48,123 bases of DNA from Candidatus Scalinduaceae bacterium (GCA_046759445.1 JBHICG010000021.1:1-48123), one strand, 5' to 3'; shown: positions 19,259-31,884, counted from the stretch's first letter. Numbers and translations: made by a program. The notes: generated by a model not told the origin, from the sequence alone.

Positions 19259-19741
19259 ATGGAATTAGAAACAGTCAAAGTAGAGATGCCTGAAGGAACA
19301 AATGTAATAATTGGACAAACACATTTTATCAAGTCTATCGAGGATCTTTATGAATTAATGGTTGGGTCTGTTCCGAATGTCAGGTTTGGGATTGCCTTCT
19401 GTGAGGCGTCTGCTGAGTGTTTGGTACGAACGGAAGGTAATGATAAAGAATTGACAGAGGTTGCAGCAAGAAACGCATCTTCTATTGCATCTGGCCATAC
19501 ATTCATAATTCTTATGAAAGATGCATTTCCCATAAATGTGTTAAATGCGATTAAAAATTGCCAGGAAGTATGTTCCATATTTTGTGCCACAGCGAATCCG
19601 GTTGAGATAGTTATAGCTGAAACTGAACTTGGTCGTGGTGTAATGGGTGTAATAGACGGTTTCGTACCAAAAGGCATAGAAGATGGAAATGATATCAGTG
19701 AAAGAAAGGCGCTTTTACGTAAGTTTGGTTACAAACGCTGA
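19259..19741 (+). CDS. adenosine-specific kinase family (DUF355)
   Basis: NVIIGQTHFIKS.EDL, FGIAFCEAS, FCATANP and GRGVMGVIDG motifs. Confidence 0.9.
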   Translation: MELETVKVEMPEGTNVIIGQTHFIKSIEDLYELMVGSVPNVRFGIAFCEASAECLVRTEGNDKELTEVAARNASSIASGHTFIILMKDAFPINVLNAIKNCQEVCSIFCATANPVEIVIAETELGRGVMGVIDGFVPKGIEDGNDISERKALLRKFGYKR

Positions 19742-19819
19742 AGTATAAGGAGAAATGGAAATTATAAGTATCGAAAGAGTTTATATTGTTACCGATGTGT
19801 TATGAAAATGCTGAAATTT

Positions 19820-20161
19820 CTAATCAAACAGGATTTCAAGTTTATCAGTAAATACCAAGGCTATACCAATTTTTTTACCAAGACCGTTGTTACATATTTT
19901 TTCATTTCTAACAATTATACCACTCCCCGTCAGCCTGATGATTCCACTGGGGAACCTGACTGTGGATGTCTTTGCTAATATTTCAAACTTTACCGTTTCC
20001 CCAGGAGAGAACGGTTTGGTATTATCTGTTACTACTTCAAAGTAAACACCTCCAGGGCTGATATTCTTTGTATTAACTTTGTAGTTAAGTAATTTTAAAG
20101 GCATAGTGAGTTCTAATCTTACATAAGAACGTTTTTCAAGTCTTCCTAGAAGGTTTGTCAT
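19820..20161 (-). CDS. stand-alone PilZ-domain protein
   Basis: EKRSYVR (RxxxR) and NISPGG motifs. Confidence 0.85.
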   Translation of the reverse strand: MTNLLGRLEKRSYVRLELTMPLKLLNYKVNTKNISPGGVYFEVVTDNTKPFSPGETVKFEILAKTSTVRFPSGIIRLTGSGIIVRNEKICNNGLGKKIGIALVFTDKLEILFD

Positions 20162-20207
20162 AGTTTTCCTTTCATGTTAAAACCAAAAAATAGCTATTTT
20201 ATCGTAT

Positions 20208-20223
20208 AACAACTATCGTGCCA
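20208..20223 (-). promoter_or_regulatory. possible sigma-54 promoter for the PilZ gene
   Basis: TGGCAC-GATAG-TTGTT on the minus strand; -12 deviates from TTGC. Confidence 0.4.
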
Positions 20224-20927
20224 CAGTACGTTCTTGGTTAGATTTTGTTATAACTTATGAGTTTTATGTTACTTAATACTTTGCTTTTCAGGGGAAGATA
20301 ATTGGACGGGTATAATACTTATTGAATAATTTGTTTATTAAAAAAAACATAAATGTGCAAAGTATTCAAATTTTGCTTTAAGTATTTATATTATAAAGGA
20401 TAAGTCGTGTAAGATTTTCCAACACATGTTCAACAAAAAAAGACAGGAAATGTTGCTACTTTTTAAGTATTTGAGAGAGTTGCGGGGAGTTGTCTAGGAG
20501 TGTCCAAGATAGTCTATGACAGAAGGTATCTCTGTTGCCGTAAGCCCTAGTTTTGTTATGTAACCATCTGCGAAATTCCATAGAATGCGGCAAAATAAAA
20601 TCTTTTAACTCATCTTTGTGTGCTGTTATGTAAGAAATTTCTATAGTTTATTTAAATTGTAGACATACGGCTTCTGTATGTTTACGATAAAAAAGATTTA
20701 AAAATAATTAAAATCTCAAAATTTAGAAATACTCCGCCCTTTACTCTTTATCACCAAGCGATTTAATTACAAGTATTAACTGTTATATACGGAACATGTA
20801 TATAATGTTAAATTTTTATAGAACCTTCTACTTGTATAAACTATTTGCTTAACGTAATAATGATTATTTTCTAAAAGTTAAAAATTTCTTTAAATATGTT
20901 TGACATAAAAACTTAAATAATGGAGAG

Positions 20928-21641
20928 TTATTTCCTTGCCGTTGACGATTTTCTTTCAACTACTTTTTCTGAGAATACATTGTCATAGAGTAATCCAGCC
21001 AACACTCCACCAATAATCGGTCCGAACCACCAAACAAAATGATAATCGAAATGGCCAGATGCCATAGCGGGACCAAATACACGTGCTGGATTTAATGCCC
21101 CTCCACTAATTGTAGTGGCGACTAAAATTCCGAATAAGTACACTAAACCGATAGCGACACCGGCAAGAGTTTTTGATGCTCTCCTGTCAACGGCGGTTGC
21201 ATATATTGTAAATACAAATAGGAATGATACTATTGCTTCCATGAATACGGCTCTTTTAACGCCAACTCCAGCACCTAATGCGCACGTTCCTAGAAAAACT
21301 GTACTGACGGCATCGGGGAATAAGATCTTCAAGAAGTAACCTGCTATCGTAGCGCCTAATAATTGAGATACTATATAAAAAATTGCTGTGTTCGCATCCA
21401 TTCTTTTATTAACCCAAAATGAGACAGTGACTGCAGGATTTATGTGAGAACCCGAAATATAGCTTGTTGCATATATGGCTGCTACAACTACAAAACCAAA
21501 AGCTGCTGAAATTCCTATAAGACCTATACCCTGACCACCAGCCATTTTTAAATAATAATCGGCACAGATTGCACCAGCCCCAATAAACACCAACATAAAA
21601 GTACCCAAAAGTTCAGCTACATATTTTTTATATGAATCCAT
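20928..21641 (-). CDS. MIP family aquaporin
   Basis: AELLGTF; ISGSHINPAVT and LNPAR (two NPA boxes). Confidence 0.95.
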   Translation of the reverse strand: MDSYKKYVAELLGTFMLVFIGAGAICADYYLKMAGGQGIGLIGISAAFGFVVVAAIYATSYISGSHINPAVTVSFWVNKRMDANTAIFYIVSQLLGATIAGYFLKILFPDAVSTVFLGTCALGAGVGVKRAVFMEAIVSFLFVFTIYATAVDRRASKTLAGVAIGLVYLFGILVATTISGGALNPARVFGPAMASGHFDYHFVWWFGPIIGGVLAGLLYDNVFSEKVVERKSSTARK

Positions 21642-22262
21642 AATTTACTCTCCTCATTATTTATCAGACTTTTACGATTATTTCCAAACTTAAAATACCC
21701 GTAGAAGCTTTTTATTTAAATTTAACTCTTTCTAAGGCTTTATGCTTTTTCGCATGAAATCGATTTAGTCCAAAAATTTTAAACCAAGAAATTCAAACTT
21801 GATTGTTTAGCAACATACGAAGATTATAATAATTAGTTCTTCATAACCCCCTTTCTTTTAAAAATATTTATATAATTAAATGCACGTGAACACAACGGCT
21901 CGAAAAGCCTGACAGAAGTTGCATTATAAATGGGTTTTGTGTCTAATGATGTTGCCTTTTGCATTACACATGGATCACTTGGTTTATCCTTACATTGTGG
22001 TACAATTACTGGAAACGATATGGTGACCTACTATTCATAGACCACAAGCACATCAGTGGGTGATTGTTGGAATGATACAAAAAGCAGAAATAATACCTTA
22101 ATCCCGTTGTTACTAACATTGCTGTATCCCGCAATTACAATTAAAGGTTTTCTGCGTAATTCTAAATTGTTGCAAATATAAACAAAATAGTATACTAAAG
22201 TCAACAATTCTTTTTATATTTGTATTATTTTGTAGTTTTATTTATTTTTGACTGGTGACAAT

Positions 22263-23489
22263 TTAAACGCCTTCAAGAATGTGTCCAAGCTTTTCTTTTT
22301 TTACACGCAAGTATTGTTGATTTTCCTCCCTTGGTGATGTAACTATAGGAACTCTTTCTACAATTTCCAATCCGTAACCAGTTAGCGCATTAAATTTTTT
22401 CGGATTGTTTGATAAAAGCCTCATCTTTGATATCCCTAAATCCCTTAGTATTTGAGCGCCTATTCCGTAGTCGCGTTTGTCTATAACAAAGCCTAATTTT
22501 TTGTTTGCCTCCACGGTATCGAAACCATTTTCTTGCAAAGCATAAGCATGCAGTTTGTTTTCAAGTCCAATCCCTCTACCTTCCTGTCGCATGTATAGTA
22601 AGACTCCCTTTCCTTCTTTTTGAATCATTATTAGGGCATTATGAAGTTGTTCTCCACAATCACATCTTAAGGAACCGAAGATATCGCCCGTTAAGCATTC
22701 ATCATGAACTCGTATTAATATCGGATCTGTTTGAATTGGGGCAGGAGCGTTGTCTAAACTGCCTATATTCCCAAGGCACAAGGCTAAATGTAAGTATTCG
22801 TCAATAAATGAACGGTAAAGGTGTAATACAAATTTCCCATATACTGTGGGTAGATTAACGGCAACACGTTTTTCAATCAAACGTTCTTTTTCGCGACGAT
22901 ATTTAATTATGTCAGCAATTGTGCATATTTTTAGATTATATTTTGCTGCGAATTTTATAAGATCAGGAAGTTTTGACATGTTACCATCTTCATTCATAAT
23001 CTCGCATATTACTGCAGCAGGTTTCAAACCTGCTAAGCGACTAAGATCAACAGCGCCCTCAGTATGGCCGGCACGTACCAGGACTCCTCCATTTTGAGAC
23101 ATGAGTGGAAAAACATGCCCAGGTCTATCAAGGTCATGTGGATTACAATCTTCGCTTATTGCAGTCAAAATGGTCTTCGCTCTATCCTTTGTAGATACTC
23201 CCGTTGTTATACCTTCTTTTGCATCTATCGTTATCGTAAAGGGAGTTTGATAATTAGATGTGTTATTTGTTACCATCGGAGTTAAACCAATTTGCTTTGC
23301 ATGTTCTTTTGTTATGGTTAAACAAATTATCCCTCTCGCATGTGTTAACATGAAATTTATTGCTTCAGGTGTGATCTTTTCTGCCGCTATTGTTATGTCT
23401 CCCTCATTTTCTCGACTTGCATCATCAACGACAATAATCATCTTAGCCTGCTTTAAATCCTCAATGGCTTCTGTTATTGTATTAAACAT
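22263..23489 (-). CDS. ribBA: bifunctional DHBP synthase / GTP cyclohydrolase II
   Basis: RENEGD, RPGHVFPL, RAGHTE; RVHDECLTGD..GSLRCDCG, QEGRGIG. Confidence 0.97.
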   Translation of the reverse strand: MFNTITEAIEDLKQAKMIIVVDDASRENEGDITIAAEKITPEAINFMLTHARGIICLTITKEHAKQIGLTPMVTNNTSNYQTPFTITIDAKEGITTGVSTKDRAKTILTAISEDCNPHDLDRPGHVFPLMSQNGGVLVRAGHTEGAVDLSRLAGLKPAAVICEIMNEDGNMSKLPDLIKFAAKYNLKICTIADIIKYRREKERLIEKRVAVNLPTVYGKFVLHLYRSFIDEYLHLALCLGNIGSLDNAPAPIQTDPILIRVHDECLTGDIFGSLRCDCGEQLHNALIMIQKEGKGVLLYMRQEGRGIGLENKLHAYALQENGFDTVEANKKLGFVIDKRDYGIGAQILRDLGISKMRLLSNNPKKFNALTGYGLEIVERVPIVTSPREENQQYLRVKKEKLGHILEGV

Positions 23490-23547
23490 AATATTATAAA
23501 ACCTTCTTATTTAGTATTAGTTGAAAATATGATAAATTTAGGTAATT

Positions 23548-24132
23548 TTAAAGTTGTTTAACACCTTTATACATATAATTTACGGCTGAAGCAAAAGTTA
23601 CAATTGCTACTAACCACCACAATATAATAAGAGTTGTCAAAGAAAGGTGATTTCCTATCAAAACTGCAATAACTGCAGTAACCTGCAAAAACGTTGTAAG
23701 CCTGCCCAACCTATTAGGGCACCAGTCAATTCTTCGTTTTAATATAAAAATGGCTCCAATAAAACTCAACAAAAAAAGAAATTCTCTGCTAATAACAATG
23801 GCAGGTATCCAATTAGGAAATCTGGGTTCAGGCCAGAGTTTATCAGAGGAAAGCAAAATACATGCAATTGTTAATATTAATTTGTCAGCTATTGGATCAA
23901 TGTATTTACCAAATTTTGTGATTTCTCCCCTTTTACGTGCAAGGTATCCATCTAAAATATCACTTAAACCAATCGCAACTAACATACCTAATGCAATATA
24001 TCTGTAGAAGTTATGATGCTGGACTTGCATTACACAGATTACAAAAGGCGGAATAAAAAGTATTCTCGAAAGACTTATTAAATTAGGTAATGACAAAGTT
24101 ATTCTCCTTGAATATAAATCAGATTTCCGCAT
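23548..24132 (-). CDS. CDP-alcohol phosphatidyltransferase (PgsA-like)
   Basis: PNLISLSR; DILDGYLAR...FGKYIDPIADK. Confidence 0.92.
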   Translation of the reverse strand: MRKSDLYSRRITLSLPNLISLSRILFIPPFVICVMQVQHHNFYRYIALGMLVAIGLSDILDGYLARKRGEITKFGKYIDPIADKLILTIACILLSSDKLWPEPRFPNWIPAIVISREFLFLLSFIGAIFILKRRIDWCPNRLGRLTTFLQVTAVIAVLIGNHLSLTTLIILWWLVAIVTFASAVNYMYKGVKQL

Positions 24133-24227
24133 GTGTCATGTTTCTAAATCAAAAAAATATTATTTTTTTAATATTTTGTATAAAAACGTTGTTGCTTATG
24201 CCTATATGCTATTTTCATGCTAAAATA

Positions 24228-24302
24228 ATGATATCAAACGCTTAATTGCTGTCAAGTGAAAAAATACTCCAGCTTGACAGTCATATACATAATTAGTAAC
24301 AT
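24228..24302. promoter_or_regulatory. divergent sigma-70 promoters for carA (+) and the pgsA-like gene (-)
   Basis: TTGACA-17-TAACAT at 24274-24302 (+); TTGACA-16-TATCAT at 24255-24228 (-). Confidence 0.6.
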
Positions 24303-24351
24303 CTAACAATAAGTATTTCTATATCTTACAATTTAATACAATTATAATATT

Positions 24352-25530
24352 ATGAAGACAGAGAAGGCTATTTTGGCTCTTTCGGATGGGAAGATATTTG
24401 AGGGAACTTCTTTTGGTGCTGCAGGAGAAACATCAGGTGAAGTCGTATTCAATACAAGCATTACCGGGTATCAGGAAATACTTACTGACCCTTCTTATAA
24501 GGGGCAAATTGTAAATATGACTTATCCAATGATAGGAAACTATGGTATTTGTGAAAAAGATTATGAATCCGTTAAGCCATATATAGAGGGATTTGTCATC
24601 AAGGAGTATAGTCCGTACCCCAGTAATTGGCGTTCTCAAATGAGCTTGGGCGAATTTATGAAGAGCAGAGGCATTGTGGGTATTCAGGGAATCGATACAA
24701 GGGCACTGACAAAACACATAAGAGATTGCGGTGAGCAACAGGGAGTAATCTCCACCGTTGATATGGATGTTGAAAGTCTAGTCTCGAAGGCTAAAAGAGC
24801 GCCTGGTCTCGTAGGTAGAGATTTGGTTAAAGAAGTTACTTGTCAGAAATCTTACAATTGGGAAGAAGAAGAAATTACTATTGGTGTTGATAATAGTAAA
24901 AATCAACTTACAAAGAATAATTATGATGAGCATCTTCAAGGAAAAGGCAAGAAGGCATTCATGGTGATCGTTTATGATTGTGGAGTTAAATATAATATTC
25001 TAAGAAAACTAAAGAGTTACAATTGCGATGTAACTGTAGTTCCGGCAACGCTGAATGCTCAGGATGTGTTGTCATTGAAACCAGATGGAATTGTCATTTC
25101 AAACGGTCCTGGTGATCCGGCAGCAGTGTCATATATGTTAGAAAACACAAAGAACATCGTGGGGAAAAAACCTGTTTTAGGTATATGTTTGGGGCATCAG
25201 ATTCTGGCTTTAGCATTGGGTTGTAAAACATATAAGTTAAAATTCGGGCACCATGGAGGCAATCAACCGGTTATGGATTTAAATACAAGGAAGGTAGACA
25301 TTACGGCCCAAAATCATTGTTTTGCCGTTGACGGAGAATCACTAAAGAATGGTCAAAACAATACGTTTGGTCGGTTAGAGATTACGCACATAAATCTTAA
25401 TGATGAATCTGTAGAAGGTTTAAGGTGTTTGGATGTACCAGCGCTTTCAGTTCAATATCATCCTGAGGCTTCTCCCGGACCTCATGATTCAAGCTATATC
25501 TTTGACGGATTTATCAAAATGATGGAATAA
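24352..25530 (+). CDS. carA: carbamoyl-phosphate synthase small subunit
   Basis: GEVVFNT..TGYQE, SNGPGDP, GICLGHQ and [10 protein letters not shown] motifs. Confidence 0.98.
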   Translation: MKTEKAILALSDGKIFEGTSFGAAGETSGEVVFNTSITGYQEILTDPSYKGQIVNMTYPMIGNYGICEKDYESVKPYIEGFVIKEYSPYPSNWRSQMSLGEFMKSRGIVGIQGIDTRALTKHIRDCGEQQGVISTVDMDVESLVSKAKRAPGLVGRDLVKEVTCQKSYNWEEEEITIGVDNSKNQLTKNNYDEHLQGKGKKAFMVIVYDCGVKYNILRKLKSYNCDVTVVPATLNAQDVLSLKPDGIVISNGPGDPAAVSYMLENTKNIVGKKPVLGICLGHQILALALGCKTYKLKFGHHGGNQPVMDLNTRKVDITAQNHCFAVDGESLKNGQNNTFGRLEITHINLNDESVEGLRCLDVPALSVQYHPEASPGPHDSSYIFDGFIKMME

Positions 25531-25531
25531 A

Positions 25532-28500
25532 ATGCCAAAAAGAACAGATATTCAAAAAATACTCATAATTGGGTCAGGCCCGATAGTAATTGGACAGGCA
25601 TGTGAATTTGATTATTCTGGTACTCAGGCGTGTAGGGCGCTAAGGGAAGAGGGGTACAAGATTATCCTTGTCAATAGTAATCCCGCCACAATAATGACTG
25701 ATCCAAATGTTGCTGATAAAACATACATAGAACCAATGACCACTGATATCTTAGCCAAGATCATACAGAAAGAGAAGCCAGATGTATTGTTACCCACACT
25801 GGGTGGTCAGACAGGCCTAAACATCGCTGTTTCTTTGGCAGAAAACGGCATTTTGAAGGAATATGATCTGGAATTAATAGGCGCCAAACTGGAGGCAATA
25901 AAAAAAGCTGAAGACAGGGAAAAATTTAAAGAAGCTATGAAACGTATACATATCCAGGTTCCCGAAAGTGGATATGCAAGATCCTTAAAAGAAGCAATTG
26001 ATGTCGTAAAAGAAATAAAGTTTCCCGTTATCATACGTCCATCATTCACATTGGGAGGTATAGGCGGCAATGTGGCTTATAATATTGAGGAATTAGAAGA
26101 GTATGTGACATTTGCATTAGAGGCAAGTCCCGTTCATGAGGTACTCATTGAGAGATCCGTCTTGGGCTGGAAGGAATATGAGTTGGAGGTAATGAGAGAC
26201 CTTAAAGATAATGTAGTGATAATATGTTCTATAGAAAACTTTGATCCTATGGGTATTCATACTGGCGATAGTATTACTGTAGCTCCTGCGCAAACATTAA
26301 CAGACAAGGAATATCAAATAATGCGGGATGCAGCAATCAAGATTATTCGTGAGATTGGAGTTGAGACAGGTGGGTCTAATATTCAGTTCGCATTGAATCC
26401 TTCCAATGGAGAGATGATGGCGATAGAGATGAATCCAAGGGTGTCAAGGAGTTCCGCCTTAGCTTCAAAGGCTACAGGTTTCCCGATTGCGAAGATTGCT
26501 GCGAAACTGGCAGTAGGTTACTCGCTTGATGAGATATCCAATGATATTACGCGTTATACGCCAGCATCTTTTGAACCTGCTATAGATTATTGTGTAGTTA
26601 AAATTCCAAGGTTCAATTTTGAAAAGTTTCCGGAGGCAAACCAAACTCTTACCACACATATGAAATCGGTTGGTGAAGTTATGGCCATAGGGAGAACTTT
26701 TAAAGAAGCCTTGGGGAAAGCGATAAGATCTTTAGAAATCGGGCTTTATGGATTCGATGAACATATCAGTAAAACTGAGTTGAGCTTCTCTGAGAAGGAA
26801 GAATTAACGGAAAACTATTTATTGAATCCTTCATGTGATAGAATTTGGTATATTGTAGATAGCATACGATTGGGTATTAGCGTTGACGAAATTCATAACA
26901 TAACCAAAATTGATAAATGGTTTCTTTATAATATAAAAGAGATTGTTGAATTAGAAAAAGAAATTAAAAATCAATACAAATCAAGAACTTTGTCAGCTAC
27001 TTCTGGGAAGGATACACCATCATATATCGCAAACCTGATTGATCAGGATCTTTTAAAGAAGGCAAAGCAATATGGTATCTCAGACCTTCGTCTGGCAAAC
27101 TTGTTAAACACAAGTGAATCTTCTATTCGTGAATGTCGCCATGCGAAAAACATTCGCCCAGTATTTAAGATGGTTGACACCTGTGCAGCCGAATTCAAGG
27201 CATATACACCTTACCTTTATTCTACATACGAGACTGAATGCGAAGCAAACCCTACATCAAAGAGAAAAATAGTTATCTTGGGAAGCGGACCCAATCGTAT
27301 TGGCCAGGGCATTGAGTTTGATTATTGTTGTGTGCATTGTGCATTAGCATTGAAAGAGATGGGATTTGAAACAATTATGGTTAATTGCAACCCGGAGACA
27401 GTGAGTACCGATTATGATATTTCTGATAGATTATATTTTGAACCCCTTACTTTTGAGGACGTAATGGAGATTATTGAGAAAGAAAAGCCGGTAGGGGTTA
27501 TTGTGCAATTTGGTGGTCAGACCCCTTTAAAGCTTGCTGTACCTTTGGCTAATGCGGGTGTTAAAATTCTTGGAACCTCACCTGAGAATATTGATATAGC
27601 GGAAGATCGCAAAAGATTTGCCACACTCTTGTCTAAACTCAATCTTTTACAACCAAATAACGGGAATGCTAGGTCATTTAAGGAAGCAAAAGAGGTTGCT
27701 ACTTCGATAGGTTATCCGGTTTTAATAAGACCATCGTATGTCTTGGGTGGTAGGGCTATGAAGATTGTCTTTGACGAGGGTGAGCTTGAGGAGTATATCA
27801 CACATGCCGTTGACGTCTCTCCAGAACATCCAGTCTTAATAGATAAATTTTTGGAAGATGCAATTGAGATAGACGTTGATGCCGTATGCGATGGAGAGGA
27901 AGTCTTTATTGGTGGTATTATGGAGCATATAGAAGAAGCCGGCGTACATTCTGGAGATAGCGCTTGCTCATTACCCCCTTACTCTATAGAAGAAAGAATT
28001 ATAGATAATATAAAAACACAAACCAGAGCGTTGGCTTTAGAATTAAATGTTCTTGGTTTGATTAATATTCAATTTGCCGTTAAAGATGATGTAGTTTATG
28101 TCTTAGAAGTAAATCCACGCGCTTCAAGGACGGTGCCCTTTGTTAGCAAAGCGAAAGGTATTCCACTCGCAAAAGTGGCGTCTAAGATTATTGCTGGTAG
28201 TAAACTAAATGAATTGAATATAGATAGTAAAAGAAAAAGTAAACATATAGCCGTAAAGGAAGCTATTTTCCCGTTTATAAGGTTTCAAGGAACGGATACT
28301 ATTTTGGGCCCGGAAATGAAATCTACTGGTGAAGTAATGGGAATTGATGTTGATTTTGGGAAGGCATTTGCTAAATCACAAATGGCCATTGATGGGAGTT
28401 TGCCTCTCTCTGGTACAGTTTTTATTGGCGTGAGGGATAAAGATAAACCAGTGATAGTAGATATTGCTAATAAATTTCATCAATCAGGTTTTAAAATAAT

Positions 28501-28804
28501 TGCTACCAGAGGGACTGCGAAGACCATAGCCGAAAAGGGGGTACCAGTTACTACTGTCAATAAGGAATATGAGGGGCGTCCTAATATATTAGACCATTTA
28601 AAGAACAATGAAATCCAATTAGTGATTAATACTGCCGAAGGCAAACTTGCACAAGAACATTCTTACAATATTCGTCGTTACGCAATAGTGTCTGGAATTC
28701 CTTATTGTACCACCGTACAAGGCGGTATAGCCGCAGAGAGTGCCATCAGGTCCATGCTAGAGAGTAAATTCGATGTTAAGCCAATTCAAGAGTATTACAT
28801 ATGA
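25532..28804 (+). CDS. carB: carbamoyl-phosphate synthase large subunit
   Basis: MPKRTDI...[17 protein letters not shown]; duplicated ATP-grasp domains; MGS domain. Confidence 0.99.
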   Translation: MPKRTDIQKILIIGSGPIVIGQACEFDYSGTQACRALREEGYKIILVNSNPATIMTDPNVADKTYIEPMTTDILAKIIQKEKPDVLLPTLGGQTGLNIAVSLAENGILKEYDLELIGAKLEAIKKAEDREKFKEAMKRIHIQVPESGYARSLKEAIDVVKEIKFPVIIRPSFTLGGIGGNVAYNIEELEEYVTFALEASPVHEVLIERSVLGWKEYELEVMRDLKDNVVIICSIENFDPMGIHTGDSITVAPAQTLTDKEYQIMRDAAIKIIREIGVETGGSNIQFALNPSNGEMMAIEMNPRVSRSSALASKATGFPIAKIAAKLAVGYSLDEISNDITRYTPASFEPAIDYCVVKIPRFNFEKFPEANQTLTTHMKSVGEVMAIGRTFKEALGKAIRSLEIGLYGFDEHISKTELSFSEKEELTENYLLNPSCDRIWYIVDSIRLGISVDEIHNITKIDKWFLYNIKEIVELEKEIKNQYKSRTLSATSGKDTPSYIANLIDQDLLKKAKQYGISDLRLANLLNTSESSIRECRHAKNIRPVFKMVDTCAAEFKAYTPYLYSTYETECEANPTSKRKIVILGSGPNRIGQGIEFDYCCVHCALALKEMGFETIMVNCNPETVSTDYDISDRLYFEPLTFEDVMEIIEKEKPVGVIVQFGGQTPLKLAVPLANAGVKILGTSPENIDIAEDRKRFATLLSKLNLLQPNNGNARSFKEAKEVATSIGYPVLIRPSYVLGGRAMKIVFDEGELEEYITHAVDVSPEHPVLIDKFLEDAIEIDVDAVCDGEEVFIGGIMEHIEEAGVHSGDSACSLPPYSIEERIIDNIKTQTRALALELNVLGLINIQFAVKDDVVYVLEVNPRASRTVPFVSKAKGIPLAKVASKIIAGSKLNELNIDSKRKSKHIAVKEAIFPFIRFQGTDTILGPEMKSTGEVMGIDVDFGKAFAKSQMAIDGSLPLSGTVFIGVRDKDKPVIVDIANKFHQSGFKIIATRGTAKTIAEKGVPVTTVNKEYEGRPNILDHLKNNEIQLVINTAEGKLAQEHSYNIRRYAIVSGIPYCTTVQGGIAAESAIRSMLESKFDVKPIQEYYI

Positions 28805-29266
28805 GAAAAATTAGAAATGTTAACAATAATATCAATTACAGTATTTCATCTCAGGAAAGGTCATAAAGAGAGAGTTTAATTTTGACGGCCATTCCAGAGA
28901 AGAGGTGTTTGGTAACTTTTTTTTATCGACCTGCCACCCGAACCAAAAATGTGTGCCAGTTGGTAAGCCTTTCAATTTCCTCCAAAGGATTTTCAGGCTG
29001 TTTCTTGTCAATTTAAAGTAGTCATTAAAAGCAAAGAATATTATATCAGTACATGATGAAAGCATGCCAAGCATATAGAAAAATGTTATATTTTTTGCCC
29101 TCTTTAAGTATAAGATGAATAATATTGACACAGTAATATAATTACATAATTTATGCAGGCTTTTTTGTCATTAATAAAGATAAGACATTCAGCCCATGTA
29201 TATTGTTAAATATCTTTAGCATATTCATTTTGTTTTATGTTAACTGGTGAATACTATTATTAAGTT

Positions 29267-30832
29267 TCATCTATCTAATTTATCGAGGTAATTCTTTAGA
29301 TCAGAAATGGTTTTGATTTCTAAGTTTCCTGCATGTTTTTCCCTCATCATTAAGGCATAGGTATTGTTAAATCCCAGAGGTTGGAGCCATTCAATATCAA
29401 AGCGCAGCTCTGATTCTTTAGAGACAAAGGCATAAACTTTTTCCTCATCTCCTAAAATTGCTTTTCTCACATTTTCATCTGCTTTTAGAATAACCAGTAA
29501 CCCTGTACCAGTGTATTCGGGATAAAGATCAATTTCACCATTGACCAGAGCATCAAAGCAGATTTTTGTCCCGGCAAGACCTGTTTTCAATTCTACATTC
29601 AGACCGCTATAATTTTCAATAAGCTGTCTAAAAATTTCTGCTAATATGTATTGTTCGGTAAAATTTTTGGAGCCAATAACAATATCTGCTTCCCCCTGTT
29701 TTCGTTCAGAAGTTTTGAGGCCAATATTGCTTAAAAAATCCTTTGCTACTTGAGCCGGATCTTCTTTATTATGATCTACCTTAAAGTTCAATTCAGACAT
29801 TATGTTGTTTGAGATTTTCCCTTCAAGTTTTGAAAAGACATCATAAAGAAACGGGAATTTTCTCAGCGTCTCACCCCTAATAATTGGTACTACATGATAA
29901 GGGGGGAAATAGTGTTTATCATCTTTGAGTACTTGAAACTGATATGCCTTGATTCGTCCATCCGTTGTAAATCCGCCAATCACATCAACCTTCTTTTTTC
30001 TAAGCGCCTGGTACATCAATCCCGGATCGAGTTCTACAGTATTCATAGAAATTGCATAGTGTTGCTTGAGCCCCGGATATCCATCAGCGCGTTCCATGAA
30101 TTCTGCTGTAAATCCTGCTCGAAATGAATGGGCGAAAAATGAAGGGATAAACAGAAAAGGGATTATTACAAAAATAATTACAGATGAGAAGATAAGAAGA
30201 GGTTTGATTACCTGATGGATATATTTTTGCAGTATTGATAATACAAAATCAAAGAACAGAGCCAGGATTGCTGCCGGAATCGCACCTGCCAAAATCATAT
30301 TCATATTGTTAAGTGCAATTCCACGAAATATAAACTGTCCAAGGCCTCCGGAAGCAATAAGTGCGCAGAGAGTAGCCACTCCCACATTAATTACGGTAGC
30401 GGTACGTATTCCCGCGAAAATAACAGGCACCGCCAGGGGAAGCTCCACTTTACGTAATATCTGCATATCAGACATTCCCATCCCCTTGGCGGCTTCTGTA
30501 ACAGACGGTTCTACTTCTTTAATCCCTGTGAATGTATTTCTGACGATTGGAAGGAGAGCATAAAGGAAAAGAGCGACTATAGCGGGAGTGGTACCTATAC
30601 CGAGGAAAGGCAAAAGGAACCCCAATAACGCGATACTTGGAATTGTTTGAATTATACCAACCCCACCGAGTACGACATTGGAAATCTTCCGGTATTTAGT
30701 CAAAAGAATACCCAGAGGCAGTCCTATGATTATGGCTATTGCCAGCGCTACAAGGGTTAGGCCTATATGCTCGAAAGTTTGTCTGGCAATTTCTGTTAGA
30801 TGGCTTAGGATAAAATCGTAAAAGTTTATCAC
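29267..30832 (-). CDS. osmoprotectant (betaine-type) ABC transporter, permease fused to substrate-binding domain
   Basis: QTIPSIAL and EAA.GMG permease motifs; GSKNFTEQ, YPEYTGT, GFNNTY, DGYPGL and YFPPY binding-domain motifs. Confidence 0.93.
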   Translation of the reverse strand: MINFYDFILSHLTEIARQTFEHIGLTLVALAIAIIIGLPLGILLTKYRKISNVVLGGVGIIQTIPSIALLGFLLPFLGIGTTPAIVALFLYALLPIVRNTFTGIKEVEPSVTEAAKGMGMSDMQILRKVELPLAVPVIFAGIRTATVINVGVATLCALIASGGLGQFIFRGIALNNMNMILAGAIPAAILALFFDFVLSILQKYIHQVIKPLLIFSSVIIFVIIPFLFIPSFFAHSFRAGFTAEFMERADGYPGLKQHYAISMNTVELDPGLMYQALRKKKVDVIGGFTTDGRIKAYQFQVLKDDKHYFPPYHVVPIIRGETLRKFPFLYDVFSKLEGKISNNIMSELNFKVDHNKEDPAQVAKDFLSNIGLKTSERKQGEADIVIGSKNFTEQYILAEIFRQLIENYSGLNVELKTGLAGTKICFDALVNGEIDLYPEYTGTGLLVILKADENVRKAILGDEEKVYAFVSKESELRFDIEWLQPLGFNNTYALMMREKHAGNLEIKTISDLKNYLDKLDR

Positions 30833-31800
30833 TTTTGCTTAGATTTTATTTTGTAAAATGCCGAAAGGAGCTCTTCACAAGTAGTATTTAGAATTGATGA
30901 TTGAAAATAAGAATCTTGGATTTGAAGTGTCGAATTTTCCAAGGAAGATTTTTCCATTGTTTCCAGTACATCCAACAGGTTATCATCTGCACTGAACGTC
31001 TTTACGTCTTTATCATTTATATCATGGGATTGAATTTCAGGTAAAAGGTCTTTTAGTTTTGTCACTTTCAATTCGAGTTGAAAGCGTTTGGCTTGAAAGA
31101 AGCTTTTGGAAAACTCATTTTCCGGTGAAAAGATCAATTCTTTTGCTGTGCCCATTTGCTGAACGTTACCTCTATCCATCAAACATATTCTATCACCGAG
31201 GTCAATTGCTTCAAACACATCATGAGTAACCAGAACCATAGTTTTATGAAGCAATGTTTCCAGATTTTTAAATTCTTCCTGAATTTTACTCCTAGTAATG
31301 GGGTCTAATGCACCGAATGGTTCATCTAGAAGCACAATCGATGGATCAGCGGCTAGAGCACGGGCAAGCCCCACCCGTTGTTGTTGCCCACCACTGAGTT
31401 CACTCGGATAGCGTTGTAGATACTCTAACGGCAGCCCTACCAATTCCATCAATTCTAACGTGCGTTTTGTAATACGTTTTTTATCCCAATTTAGAAGATT
31501 TGGAACGATGGCTATATTCTGTTCAACCGTATAATGGGGAAATAGTCCGATGTTTTGAATTACATAACCAATCTGTTTCCTTAAATCTTCCGGTTTTTGC
31601 TTCCGTATGTCCCTTCCTTCAATAACTATCTTACCGGAAGTTGGTTCGATAAGCCTGTTAATCATTTTTAGTGTGGTAGTTTTTCCACAGCCGCTAGTGC
31701 CTAATAACACAAGCGTTTCACCACATTCTACAGAAAATGAAACATTGTCAACGGCTTTCGAGTCATCATACGTTTTGGTTATATTTGAGGCTTTAATCAT
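30829..31800 (-). CDS. osmoprotectant ABC transporter ATP-binding subunit (OpuBA/OsmV-like)
   Basis: GTSGCGKTT, MINRLIEP, GYVIQ, LSGGQQQR and DEPFGALDP motifs. Confidence 0.93.
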   Translation of the reverse strand: MIKASNITKTYDDSKAVDNVSFSVECGETLVLLGTSGCGKTTTLKMINRLIEPTSGKIVIEGRDIRKQKPEDLRKQIGYVIQNIGLFPHYTVEQNIAIVPNLLNWDKKRITKRTLELMELVGLPLEYLQRYPSELSGGQQQRVGLARALAADPSIVLLDEPFGALDPITRSKIQEEFKNLETLLHKTMVLVTHDVFEAIDLGDRICLMDRGNVQQMGTAKELIFSPENEFSKSFFQAKRFQLELKVTKLKDLLPEIQSHDINDKDVKTFSADDNLLDVLETMEKSSLENSTLQIQDSYFQSSILNTTCEELLSAFYKIKSKQK

Positions 31801-31884
31801 TATCCATGAGGATTCAGTTCAATCAGACTTGGAATATACCTGCACGTGAAAATGTTTAAGCTGATTATGGTTGAACACTAAGAG

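Noticed and set aside
21650..22200. RBS-ATG near 21844 on the minus strand upstream of the aquaporin
   Set aside because: The frame closes after three codons; at best a degraded remnant
28832..29131. 99-aa ORF downstream of the ABC transporter
   Set aside because: No RBS or recognisable motif; cannot be supported as a gene
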